Assembly: GCA_963727445.1 (NCBI GenBank)
Contig: CAVSGI010000010.1
Span: 1,440,001 to 1,504,000, forward strand
Direction of reading: 5' to 3'
From: an uncultured delta proteobacterium
GTDB lineage: Bacteria; Myxococcota_A; Polyangia; Polyangiales; B10-G4
Length of the DNA: 64,000 nt
Made by a program: the position numbers and the translations under genes. The notes beneath the pieces were generated by a model. It worked only from the letters and a program-made list of their open reading frames with translations. It ran no database searches and was not told the origin of the DNA. Below are positions 30,191-39,969 of the stretch, piece by piece; positions within the stretch are counted from its first letter, which is position 1, and each line of letters opens with the position of its first letter.

Positions 30191-32598
30191 GCCGACGGCC
30201 CTCCGTTCGAGCGCAGGCGCTCCTCTTCCTCGTCGTCCTCGCCTCCTGCGGGGACGACGCGGTCGCCGACGCTGCGCCCGACGCGGCCGCCGACTCGGCC
30301 GCCGACGCCGATGCGGCGGTGGACACCGGGCCACCGCCCCGGCCCATGCCCGATCCGCCCGACGAGCCCTACGATCCGCCGCCGCCCTTCCTGATCGATT
30401 CGCCGCGCGATCTCGTGCGCTACGTCGATCCCTTCATCGGATCAGAGGGCTCGGGCAACGTGATCCCGGGCGCTCTCGTGCCGCACGGGATGGTGCGCGC
30501 GTCGCCCGACAGCGCCGCTCCCGGCGGGAGCATCGACGGCTACGAATACGGCAGCGATCGCATCGAGGGCTTCACCCACCTCCAGCTCGAGGGGCCGGGC
30601 GGCTCGCTCAACGGATACAACTCCATCCGCATGATGCCCGTCGGCGGTCCCCTCGACCTGGCCGACTACTCTTCGGCCTTCTCCCACGACGACGAAGAGG
30701 CGGCGCCCGGCTACTACGCGGTGACCCTGGGCGACACCGGCGTGCGCGTGGAGCTCACGGCGACGGCGCATGCCGCGATGCATCGCTACACCTTCCCCGA
30801 AGGCGACGCGAGCCTGGTGCTCGACCTGATGGCGTCGAACGGCAACACCAAAGGCATGAGCGTCGAGCTGGTCGGCGACCGCGCCATCCGCGGGCGCGCG
30901 AGCTTCAACGTCCACCCGGGCCTCAGCGTGATCCTCTCCGGCGTCGCCCCCGGCACCGCCGACGTCTCCGTCTACTACTACATCGAGATGAGCGAGCCCT
31001 TCGCGAGCTCGGGGATCTGGCGCGCGACCGAGCCTCCGACGATGGACGAAGGCCTGACGCACGACGAAGGCTACGGCCTCGGTGCTTACGGCACCTTCGC
31101 CCGGCCGAGCGACGGCGTGATCGAGGCGCGCGTGGGTATCTCCCTCGTGGACGCGATCCACGCCGAAGCGAACCTCCGGGGCGAGCTCGGCGACCGCGGC
31201 TTCGACGAGGTACGCGCCGCGGCGTCGGACGCGTGGAACCAGAAGCTGAACCGAATCCAGGCCGACGGGAGCGAGGAGTCCCTCGCGACCTTCTACACCG
31301 CGCTCTACCACTCGCTCTTTCAGCCGGCCGACTACACCGAAGCCGAAGGCTGGTATGTGGTGTCCACCAGCGGCGCGCCGGTGGTGAAGGACGGCGGCGG
31401 GCGGCCCTTCTACACCGACGACTGGTGCATGTGGGACACCTTCCGGACCACGCACCCTCTCGGCACCCTCGTCGAGCCCGAGCTGCGCGGGGACGTCGTG
31501 CGCTCGATGCTGGTGATGTACGAGGAGGGCGGCTGGCTGCCGAAGTGCACCTGGAACGCCCAGGGGTACTCGCGGGTCATGACCGCGAACAACGCCATCC
31601 CGATCATCGTCGACGCCTGGTCGAAGGGCCTGCGCGACTTCGACGAGATGCTGGCCTGGGAGGCGATGGCCCACAGCAGCCGCGAGGAGATCACGGGCTT
31701 CGAGGACGCGGGCGGCTGCGGCTACTTCGGTCTCGGCACCCCGCCCGAGTACATGACCCAGGGCTACTTCGGCTACGAGTGCGACACGCACCAGGCGGCG
31801 TCGATGACGCTCGAGTACGCCTACACCGACCATCTGATGGCGCTCTACGCCGCCGGCATGGGGCTCTCGACGGAGGTCGACGAGTTCGTCGCTCGCTCAC
31901 GCAACTTCGAAAACCAGTGGGACGCGACCGCCGGCTTCATGCGGCCGCGCATGCGCGACGGCTCGTGGATGGATCCCTTCGACCCGGCGGACACGAGCGA
32001 CGCCAACGGCTTCGTCGAAGCGAGCGCGTGGATCTTCAGCTTCTTCGTGCCCCAGGACGTGCCCGCGCTCATCGACCTCTACGGCGGCTCCGATCCATTC
32101 CTGTCGCGCCTCGACGCGTTTTACGACGGCGGCCACTTCGACGCCGGCAACGAGCCCAGCTTCCACATCGCCTGGCTCTACAACCGCGCCGGCGCCCCCG
32201 CACGCACCCAGGCACGCGTCGCCCAGATCGTTCGGGACGAGTTCGACCTCAGCCCCGGCGGCCTGCCCGGCAACGACGACTCGGGCGCCATGTCCGCGCT
32301 CATCGTCCTGTCGATGCTCGGCGTCTACCCCATCGCCCCCGGCGTCCCCGAGTACGACCTGTCGACCCCGCTCCTCGACCGCGTGGTGATCCACCTGAAC
32401 CCCGCGCACTACGATGGCGGGACCTTCACCATCGAGGTCACCCGGAGCGACCCCTCCGACATCTACATCCAATCCGCCGAGCTCGACGGCGTGCCCCTCG
32501 ACACGCCCCTTCTGACCCACGATCAGATCGCCGCGGGCGGCACTCTTCACTACGTCGTCGGCCCGACGCCCTCGAGCTGGGGCGAGCCGACTCCCTGA
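30187..32598 (+). CDS. GH92 family glycoside hydrolase (alpha-mannosidase-like) lipoprotein
   Basis: YVDPFIGS, PGALVPHGMVRASPD, FYTALYH, WDTFRT, TLEYAY, GNEPSFH, PGNDDSGAMS. Confidence 0.93.
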
Positions 32599-32610
32599 TC
32601 TCTCGCGGCC

Positions 32611-32829
32611 TCAGGCCCCGAGGCGCACCAGCGTGATCCACGCCACGATGATCGCCACGCCCACGCCCGCCATCCACCATGGGCTCGGGACGAAGTAGGG
32701 GAAGATCATCAGGATCCCACCCGCCGCCATGTGGGGCAGTCGCGACTGCCGCTTGCCGTACACGAAGGCGACGAACCCGATCGAGCTGAGGAGAAGCGAG
32801 ATGAGGATCGAGGCGGGATCGAACGACAT
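32611..32829 (-). CDS. Small conserved membrane protein (72 aa)
   Basis: IGFVAFVYGKRQ...LMIFPYFV, three hydrophobic segments. Confidence 0.75.
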   Translation of the reverse strand: MSFDPASILISLLLSSIGFVAFVYGKRQSRLPHMAAGGILMIFPYFVPSPWWMAGVGVAIIVAWITLVRLGA

Positions 32830-32925
32830 GGTTCTTCCAGTGTAATGCACGAGCGGCAATCGGCATTCCCACATGAGCACACCTGTCGAAAAAGCTTCGG
32901 ATGAATGACATGATCGGCGCGCTCG

Positions 32926-33741
32926 ATGGCCGGCCCGACGCCAAGAGATCTGCTCTACGCGGCATGGGTGCGCGCACGCCCCACCGACTTCCGCGCGATG
33001 AGCCCGACGATGTCGGGCCTGCGCTACGGGCGGCGCCGGCCCGGTGCGATCGATCCCGTCGTCGACGTATACCTGCCCGCCGAAGGAGAGCGTCATCCGT
33101 CGGTGATCATCGTCCATGGCGGAGGCTTCATGTTCGGGAGCCGCGTGATGAAGCCGGTTCGCCTGCTCGCGACGCATCTCTGGCGAAGCGGCTTCGCGGT
33201 GTGCACCGTGGACTACCGCCTCCTCTTCCGCGGAGGCGGCCTCGACGCCCAGCTCGACGACGTCGACGCGGCTGCCGAGTTCTGGCGCGCGCGCTGTGAA
33301 GGGCTCGGATGCGATCCGGCGCGCATCTCGATGTTGGGGCTGTCGTCGGGGGCGAGCCTGATGATGCTCTCGGCCGAACGAGCCACGACGCCCTACCACC
33401 GGCTGGTGAGCCTGTACGGTGTCCTCGACTACAGCCGCGTTCGAGGCCGAACGGCGGAGCTGCTGATCGGGACGGTCCTCGGGACCCATGACCGTCAGAC
33501 GTGGGCGACGCGATCGCCGACCGGCCAGGTGCCCGGAGACCCGCCCCTGCTCCTGATCCACGGCACCGAGGACAAGCTCGTGCCACCGCACCACTCCATA
33601 GACCTGCATGAACGGCGCGCCGAGCTGGGCCTGCCGACCCGCCTCGAGCTCTTCGAGGGGATGCGTCACGGCTGGCTCAACGACGCGTCGCTCCCCGAAA
33701 CCGATCAGGCCGTCAATCTGGTTCTGGAGTTTCTGCGCTAG
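32926..33741 (+). CDS. Alpha/beta hydrolase (HSL-like esterase)
   Basis: HGGGF oxyanion motif, VDYRL, GLSSG nucleophile, HGTEDKLVP, HGW. Confidence 0.9.
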   Translation: MAGPTPRDLLYAAWVRARPTDFRAMSPTMSGLRYGRRRPGAIDPVVDVYLPAEGERHPSVIIVHGGGFMFGSRVMKPVRLLATHLWRSGFAVCTVDYRLLFRGGGLDAQLDDVDAAAEFWRARCEGLGCDPARISMLGLSSGASLMMLSAERATTPYHRLVSLYGVLDYSRVRGRTAELLIGTVLGTHDRQTWATRSPTGQVPGDPPLLLIHGTEDKLVPPHHSIDLHERRAELGLPTRLELFEGMRHGWLNDASLPETDQAVNLVLEFLR

Positions 33742-35572
33742 CGCCGGCGGCGATGTCCTTTCGCCCGGTGACGTAGCGGTTCAGATAGAGCTGGTTGAGG
33801 AGCGCGACCAGGCCCGCCCCGAGCATCGCCCACCCGGTCAGCATCGGGTCGACACATGCCACGACGAACCCGATGGCGAAGGCTGCGGGAGTCAGAAGGC
33901 CGATGGGATGGACGGTCCCGGCGATGCCCGACGCCGCCAGGCTCCAGAGCGCGAGCATGCCGACGAGCACCTGCCGAACCGAGAGCCCGATGGCGGCGCC
34001 GCCGAGACACCAGGCGATGGTCAGGGTCATCAGGAAGACGTTGATGGCGAAGACCGTGCGGTTGAGCCGGGTCTTGAGGAGCCGGCGCATCGAGGGGCCG
34101 ACACCCAGAAGCATCAGCACGAAGGCGACCGCGGTGAAACCGGCGAGCGGATACACGGTGTGCGGTGGATCGAACGCGGACCAGGTCCAGAACACCAGGA
34201 ACACCCCTACGACCAGCGCACCGCCGATGCCGCGCACCCGGTGACCGATCACCGTGTCCGAGTCCGCCGCGAGCTTGCGGAGGCGCGCTTCCTCGCCCTC
34301 CATCTGCCGGACGGTTGCTTCGACGCGCTCACGCAGCTCACCTTCGACCCCGTGCGCTTCCACGAGCGTCAGCGCGTGACGCGGCTCCCCCGACGCGAGC
34401 GCATGCTCGATGCGCATCACGGCGAGCTCGCTCTGACCACGGACGGCGCTCTGGCAATCCTTCCACTCGCTCAGGGCGGTGTTGTAGGCCATCTCCGCCG
34501 CCACCAGGTGACGCAGCGTCGCCGGCTCGTCGGATCGCGCCGACGCTTCTTGCGCGAGCTTTCGCTCCTCGTCACCACGCGCCGCCAGGCGGTTCGCCAC
34601 GCGGTGGGTCGAGAATTCGGCGAGCGCGCGGCGGAAGTCCGCCGCCGTGTCGTAGCGGTCGCCGATCTCGAGCTGCATCGCCTTGTCGACGATCTCGCGC
34701 AGCTCCTCGGCAACGCCGCCCGGCAGAGGGGGATACTCGTGAATGCGGTCGATCATGTCGGCCGTTCGCTGCATGCGCGACTTGCCCTTGTGCGGCTGTT
34801 TCCCCGAGAGCACGTGATAGAGCGTCGCGCCGAGCAAGTAGATGTCGGTCCACGGTCCGATGGTCGCTCCACCCTCGAACTGCTCCGGCGCCATGTACGC
34901 CGAGGTGCCGGCAATCTGGTCGTCCGGGAGCGCGCCGACTCCCGTGTCGGACTCTCGCGTCTCCTGAGCGATGCCCCAGTCGAGCAGATAGACTTCGCCG
35001 AACTTCCCGACCATCACGTTGGTGGGCTTGATGTCGCGGTGGATCACGCCGTGGCTGTGGGCGAACTCGACCGCACGACAGACGTGGCCGAGCACCGAGA
35101 GGTTCCACTCGAGAAGGTCCTCGGCGCCGTAGCCCTCGCGAACCTTCTTCGGGTCCCGCATGAGCTCGGCCCAGGTCTCACCCTCGATGAGCTTGAGCAC
35201 CACCTGCGGCGTTCCGTCTTCCTGGACGAAGATCTCGTGCACCGGCAGGATGTTGGGATGCTCGAGCCGGCTCATCAGCCGCGCCTCTCGGAGCAGATGG
35301 GTGACGTCCTCGGGGTGGTTCGGGGCGATGGTCTTCACAGCGACGGCTCGACCGAGGTTGCGCTGCCTGCCCAGGCGCACCGCCGCCATCCCCCCGCGCG
35401 CGATCTCCGGCCCGAGCTCCACACCGGGCTCGGTCAGGTCCCCTTCGCGCGGATGGTGCGGCCGCTCGAGCGAAGGATTCGTCCAATCCTCGCTGCGCTG
35501 AGCGACCGTCTCGGCGTCCGTCGATCGGACGTGAGCGACCGTCTCCTCGTCCTCGGGCCTCACGGGTCCCAT
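33713..35572 (-). CDS. Ser/Thr protein kinase with C-terminal multi-pass membrane domain
   Basis: ARGGMAAV, VAVK, HRDIKPTN, DWG, GTSAYMAPE; about 5-6 C-terminal TM helices. Confidence 0.92.
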   Translation of the reverse strand: MGPVRPEDEETVAHVRSTDAETVAQRSEDWTNPSLERPHHPREGDLTEPGVELGPEIARGGMAAVRLGRQRNLGRAVAVKTIAPNHPEDVTHLLREARLMSRLEHPNILPVHEIFVQEDGTPQVVLKLIEGETWAELMRDPKKVREGYGAEDLLEWNLSVLGHVCRAVEFAHSHGVIHRDIKPTNVMVGKFGEVYLLDWGIAQETRESDTGVGALPDDQIAGTSAYMAPEQFEGGATIGPWTDIYLLGATLYHVLSGKQPHKGKSRMQRTADMIDRIHEYPPLPGGVAEELREIVDKAMQLEIGDRYDTAADFRRALAEFSTHRVANRLAARGDEERKLAQEASARSDEPATLRHLVAAEMAYNTALSEWKDCQSAVRGQSELAVMRIEHALASGEPRHALTLVEAHGVEGELRERVEATVRQMEGEEARLRKLAADSDTVIGHRVRGIGGALVVGVFLVFWTWSAFDPPHTVYPLAGFTAVAFVLMLLGVGPSMRRLLKTRLNRTVFAINVFLMTLTIAWCLGGAAIGLSVRQVLVGMLALWSLAASGIAGTVHPIGLLTPAAFAIGFVVACVDPMLTGWAMLGAGLVALLNQLYLNRYVTGRKDIAAGASAETPEPD

Positions 35573-35623
35573 TCTATCGCGGAATGGTCGGCACCGTCGT
35601 GGCAGCCGTCGCCATGGCTTCGC

Positions 35624-37600
35624 TCAATGGGCGAGGAGCGCCTCGGCGGCGTCCAGCAGGGCATCGGCGCCGGACCCCGCGTGGGCGTAGGCGCCGCGAT
35701 CGAAGCGCACCAGGGCTGCGTTCCAGCGGGCGCGCGCGAGAGGCGTGTCCGGTTCGCCGCTTCTCGCCTCACCCCGTGAGTCTCCGCCGCCTGTCCGCTC
35801 GAAGACTTCGATGGCGCGGGCGCGAAGCGCGGCCCGTTCAGCGCGAAAGTCTCGGCCCTCGTGGCAGCTTTCGCAAACGACCGGCGACACCGCGAAGGTG
35901 TGCCCGCCGCCTCGCTCGACGTCCGCTTCTGAGCTGCCGTGACAAGCGAGACAGCCCCCCGAAATCTCCGCGTGAGGTGCGGGCGCTCCGAGCGGGTCAC
36001 CGGAGGCATCGAAGCCTCCGCGCCCCACGACCAGCGCGGTGGCGCTCGCCGTCGGAAGATCGAAGCCCTCCATCGGCGCATGGCAGGTGGTGCAGATCCG
36101 CGCCGGATGCTCGCTCAGGCTCGACGACACGCCGGAGAGGAGAGCAGGGAGCGGTCGGCGGCGCAGGAGCGCAGGACCCGAACCGGCGGCGTGCGGCGCG
36201 TGACAGGTCGCGCAGCCCAGCCCCTCGACCGTGACCTCCCGCGGCGTGCCGTCCTCTGCTCGAACGCCGTGAAGGAAGCCATCGGTCGTATGACAACTCA
36301 GGCACCGCGGGTCGGCGTCGAGCCCGTCGGTGCGCGCGGCTCGGGACATGCGGTTGCCGAGAAAGGCGACGACGTGACCGTAGCGCGGGGGCGCGTCGTG
36401 ACAGGTGGCGCAGACGTCGGTGCGCAGGATGCGCGTGCGCGCGCTCGGCTCCGGGATGGCACCCGGACCATGGCAAGCGGTGCAGCCGACGCCGCTCAGG
36501 CGACGGATCTCCCGCGGAAGTGCGTCGTATGCACCGGCATGGCCACGACCCGGAGCCGCCTCGCCCAGCGCGTCGGCGATGGCGACGAAGCCCCCATCGT
36601 CGGTGCCGGGCTCGCCGAGGGTGTGGCAGCCCATCGCGCAGCCCGGCGTGTAGCTCTCGTCCTCGACGAGGCGTGAGAAGACCGTGGTCATGGGGCTCGC
36701 TGACGCATGCTCGGTCGCCGCGGCGTGACACTCGCTGCGTCCGCAGTCGAGGGGGGTCGAGGCGTGGGAGCCTGCGAAGAGGGAGAGCGCGAGCTCGCCG
36801 CTTTCGTTCACGAAGCTGTAGCGACCAGTCCCGCGCGCGACGAAGCGGCGGATCCCCTCCGCCACCTCTTCGAAGATGGGCGGCTCCGCGTTCGGAGGTC
36901 CCTGAACCGAAGCGAGGTCGCTCCCGCGCACATAGAACGCCACGTGGATCGGCACCGAGGGCATCCCGGTCGCGCGCGCCGCGGCGTGAAGCGTCACCTC
37001 GTCCTGTCGGGTCGCGCCATCGGCGAGCGTGATCGCGAGCTTCAGGGTCCAGGTCCCGCGCGTCCGCGGCGAGATCGCGATCACCCCGTCGCCGCGCGGA
37101 AGCATCCCCAGCGCGGAGGCGAGGGGCGGCATCCGTCCGCGGACGGTCGCACCGTCGGCGTTCAGCTCCGGGAGCTCGGGTCCCTCGCTCCGCCATTCGT
37201 AGCGCGCGCCCTCCATCGTTTCGCATTCGCTCTCCACGCGCAGCTCGAAGCTCTCGCCGAAGCCGATCTGGTCGCGCTCGCCCACGATCTCGTAGAGCGG
37301 CTGGAGCGCGAGGATCGGATCCACCGCAGCCGCGCTCCTCTCCATCACAGCCGGGCAGGTGCGATCCGTTTGCACGCGCACCTCGCCCACCGGTCGAATG
37401 GAGAGCGCCCAGCGCCCTGGGCCGCGCGGCTCGGCCGAGACCAGCGCCTCGCTCGGGATCGTCACCGGAGGCTCTGCATCGGCAGCGCCGCGAAACGCCG
37501 GCACGATCACGTCGACCAGCACCGGAGCGGGCAGCGACTCGTCCGCGCACGCCGCTCCGACGACGAGCCCCAGGAGCAGAAGCGCGCGCCGCCCCCTCAC
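35624..37600 (-). CDS. Multiheme c-type cytochrome lipoprotein (7 CxxCH + 2 atypical motifs)
   Basis: GTG overlapping upstream TGA; GAAC lipobox; CTACH, CATCH, CLSCH, CATCH, CTTCH, CLACH, CESCH plus CGRSECH and CAMGCH. Confidence 0.88.
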   Translation of the reverse strand: MRGRRALLLLGLVVGAACADESLPAPVLVDVIVPAFRGAADAEPPVTIPSEALVSAEPRGPGRWALSIRPVGEVRVQTDRTCPAVMERSAAAVDPILALQPLYEIVGERDQIGFGESFELRVESECETMEGARYEWRSEGPELPELNADGATVRGRMPPLASALGMLPRGDGVIAISPRTRGTWTLKLAITLADGATRQDEVTLHAAARATGMPSVPIHVAFYVRGSDLASVQGPPNAEPPIFEEVAEGIRRFVARGTGRYSFVNESGELALSLFAGSHASTPLDCGRSECHAAATEHASASPMTTVFSRLVEDESYTPGCAMGCHTLGEPGTDDGGFVAIADALGEAAPGRGHAGAYDALPREIRRLSGVGCTACHGPGAIPEPSARTRILRTDVCATCHDAPPRYGHVVAFLGNRMSRAARTDGLDADPRCLSCHTTDGFLHGVRAEDGTPREVTVEGLGCATCHAPHAAGSGPALLRRRPLPALLSGVSSSLSEHPARICTTCHAPMEGFDLPTASATALVVGRGGFDASGDPLGAPAPHAEISGGCLACHGSSEADVERGGGHTFAVSPVVCESCHEGRDFRAERAALRARAIEVFERTGGGDSRGEARSGEPDTPLARARWNAALVRFDRGAYAHAGSGADALLDAAEALLAH

Positions 37601-38349
37601 CCGCCCTCCACGCAGCTCGAGAGCACGCACCGCCGCCCTTCGGAGCAATCCGGGGTGGTCCAGCACTCCCCGCGCGGCAGACGCTCGGGAACACACACGC
37701 CGCCCGCGCGCACGAGCCCGTCGTCGCAGGGCCCGGCGCCACCGACCGCGCCATCCGCCCCCTCCGATGGCCGGCAGACCCGATGGATCATCGGCCGATG
37801 CTCGAAGTGGCACTCGCTCGCGGGCAGGTCGGCGGGCCGCTGCGGCGAGAGGTCGACGAAGATCTGGAGCGTCTCGCCCGGCTCCTGGCTCGGCGCCTCC
37901 CCCGACAGCCATCCGATCGCGTCGGGCCCGGGCACCACACCGGCCGGCGCGCTCCGCGTGCGACAGAGCACGACCCCGCTCACCTCGGAGCATTCGGTCG
38001 GCCCATCGCTGGGGAGCGCCGGAAAGCGTTGGACGCACGTGTCCGTGTCGCAGGAGAACGGCCGCACCAGCGTCGCCACGCACCGCCGCTCGCTCCCGGT
38101 GCCAGCGCAGCGCCAGCGGGCGTCCTCGGGGAGCAGAAGCGCAGGGACCGGGCGTTCCACCGGGATCACCGCCTCGTCGCGATAGCAGACGCGATGACCC
38201 GCGCCGATGTCCACGCACGTCGCGTCCGCGACGTCGCTGGCCGCGGGCGCCGGGACGGGCACGCCGAAGGCCACGACCTCGGCGTGCTCGACCGGCGACG
38301 CCGGCCCGTCACACCCGACCACGCCGAGTGTGAAGAGCCCTGCGATCAG
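37597..38349 (-). CDS. Cys-rich putative lipoprotein (start uncertain)
   Basis: LIAGLFTLGVVGC signal; many Cys; fills the gap between two co-directional genes; no canonical start near the signal peptide. Confidence 0.6.
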   Translation of the reverse strand: MIAGLFTLGVVGCDGPASPVEHAEVVAFGVPVPAPAASDVADATCVDIGAGHRVCYRDEAVIPVERPVPALLLPEDARWRCAGTGSERRCVATLVRPFSCDTDTCVQRFPALPSDGPTECSEVSGVVLCRTRSAPAGVVPGPDAIGWLSGEAPSQEPGETLQIFVDLSPQRPADLPASECHFEHRPMIHRVCRPSEGADGAVGGAGPCDDGLVRAGGVCVPERLPRGECWTTPDCSEGRRCVLSSCVEGG

Positions 38350-39254
38350 CGCGGCGAGCAGACGGTTTCGACCGCCGCCGCGCAGTCCCCCACGCTCGCG
38401 TCGACGTCGAGGCTCGGGTCGTGTCCGAAGTTCTGGCAACAGAAGCCGTGAGCCACGCAGCAATCCGAGTCGTAATAGACGGGCACGTCAATCGGCACCG
38501 GGATGGGGATGCCCGGGTCGTCGCAGCCGTCCGGGATCGTCGTGGTCTCGGTGCAGGCGCCCCAGCTTCCGTCGGGCGCGCATTCCTGCCGTCCCCAGTA
38601 GCAATAGACCGGGTCGTCGCAGTAGCGCCACGCGCCGGGGACGCATCGCTCTTCGCAGACGCAATCTGCGCCCGGCGGGCAGGTGTCGTCGCCGCCGCCG
38701 TCGTCGGTCGTGCCTGGACAATCGCAGCCCGCGTCCGTGTCCATGCAGTCGACGTAGCCGTCGCAGTCGTCGTCGATGCCGTTGCCGCAAACCTCGAACT
38801 CGCCGCAGGAGTCGCCGCACCCGGGCATGGTGCCATCACAGTCCTCGTCAGCGCAGTTGTCGGGGATCTCGACGACCGGCTCCACGTAGCCGTAGCAGGG
38901 GCCCCACGTCGAGAACTCGGCCGAGCTGGCCTCGCAGGTCTGCGATCCGTCGCCGCAGAGGCCCATGTTGCGCTTGGCGGGATCGAGGGGCCAACAGCTC
39001 TGGGTCTCGCCCGCCACGCAAGGACAACCGTCATCCACGCGACCGTTGCGGTCATCGTCGAGACCGTTGCCGCAGGTCTCGCTCGCGGCCGCCGGAGGTC
39101 CACCCGCGTCGCCTCCGGTCGCGCCTCGTCCGGAGCCCATGGTGGAGTCGGGCGCACCCGACGCGTTACAGCCGATGAGGACTGACGACATCAGGAGGAG
39201 CGCTCCCCATCCGGCGCGAAAGGACTTAATCGGGGCTTTTTCGGTGATCTGCAT
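38346..39254 (-). CDS. Cys/Asp-rich lipoprotein with MopE-like repeats
   Basis: LIGC lipobox; ETCGNGLDDDRNGRVDDGC, NCADEDCDG, EVCGNGIDDDCDGYVDC. Confidence 0.8.
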   Translation of the reverse strand: MQITEKAPIKSFRAGWGALLLMSSVLIGCNASGAPDSTMGSGRGATGGDAGGPPAAASETCGNGLDDDRNGRVDDGCPCVAGETQSCWPLDPAKRNMGLCGDGSQTCEASSAEFSTWGPCYGYVEPVVEIPDNCADEDCDGTMPGCGDSCGEFEVCGNGIDDDCDGYVDCMDTDAGCDCPGTTDDGGGDDTCPPGADCVCEERCVPGAWRYCDDPVYCYWGRQECAPDGSWGACTETTTIPDGCDDPGIPIPVPIDVPVYYDSDCCVAHGFCCQNFGHDPSLDVDASVGDCAAAVETVCSPR

Positions 39255-39303
39255 ATCCCTCTCTCGTGTTCGAGAGCGGAATACGCACGGATCGAGCCAA
39301 CTC

Positions 39304-39888
39304 TCAGGCGCCGCCGTCGGTCGCGTTCAGGACGAAGTTCCCGGAGTTCGAGCTGTAGCCGTCGACGAAGATGTAATAGCTCTCGCCCGCGGTCGCCGTG
39401 ATGGTGACGCTCGACTGGGTGCTGCTCGAGTCGTCGTTGCAATCGACCTCGGTGCCGCTGCAGGTCCCGCTCCGCACGTAGAGCACGGTGTCGAAGTCGG
39501 AGCCGATGGTGTCGAGGGTCCATGTGCCCGTGGTCGGCGCCGACCAGACGATGATCGCTTCGGGCGCGCCATCGCCGCCACAGCTCCCGCCCTGGTTGTT
39601 CTCCAGGCCGAGCGTGCTGCCCCCAGCGATCGCGCCCGCGCCGGCGGCCATGGTGAAGATCGGGCACGCGCCGGGAAGGCCGGAGTCCACCGCATCGACG
39701 CCCGTGTCGAAGGTCACGCTGGTGTCCGGAGCGGTGCTGTCCACGCTGCCGTCCCCCGGCACCGACGAGTCGACTCTGACGGAACCATCGATGCGGCCAC
39801 GCGTGCGGCCTCGATTGTTACAGCCGGCGATCAGCATCGACGCGAGTAGAAGGCAGACGGAGAGAACGACGGGGTAGAGCTTCTTCAC
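39304..39888 (-). CDS. Lipoprotein with PPC-like beta-sandwich domain
   Basis: IAGC lipobox; DTIGSDFDTVLYVR...CNDD...YYIFVDGY. Confidence 0.8.
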   Translation of the reverse strand: MKKLYPVVLSVCLLLASMLIAGCNNRGRTRGRIDGSVRVDSSVPGDGSVDSTAPDTSVTFDTGVDAVDSGLPGACPIFTMAAGAGAIAGGSTLGLENNQGGSCGGDGAPEAIIVWSAPTTGTWTLDTIGSDFDTVLYVRSGTCSGTEVDCNDDSSSTQSSVTITATAGESYYIFVDGYSSNSGNFVLNATDGGA

Positions 39889-39969
39889 CGGCGCCCATGG
39901 TATCGCGCCCGCCTGGAGGGCCTCAAGCGCTCGCGTTCCTGGTGCCCATCCGGTGGTCTCGAGGCGCTG

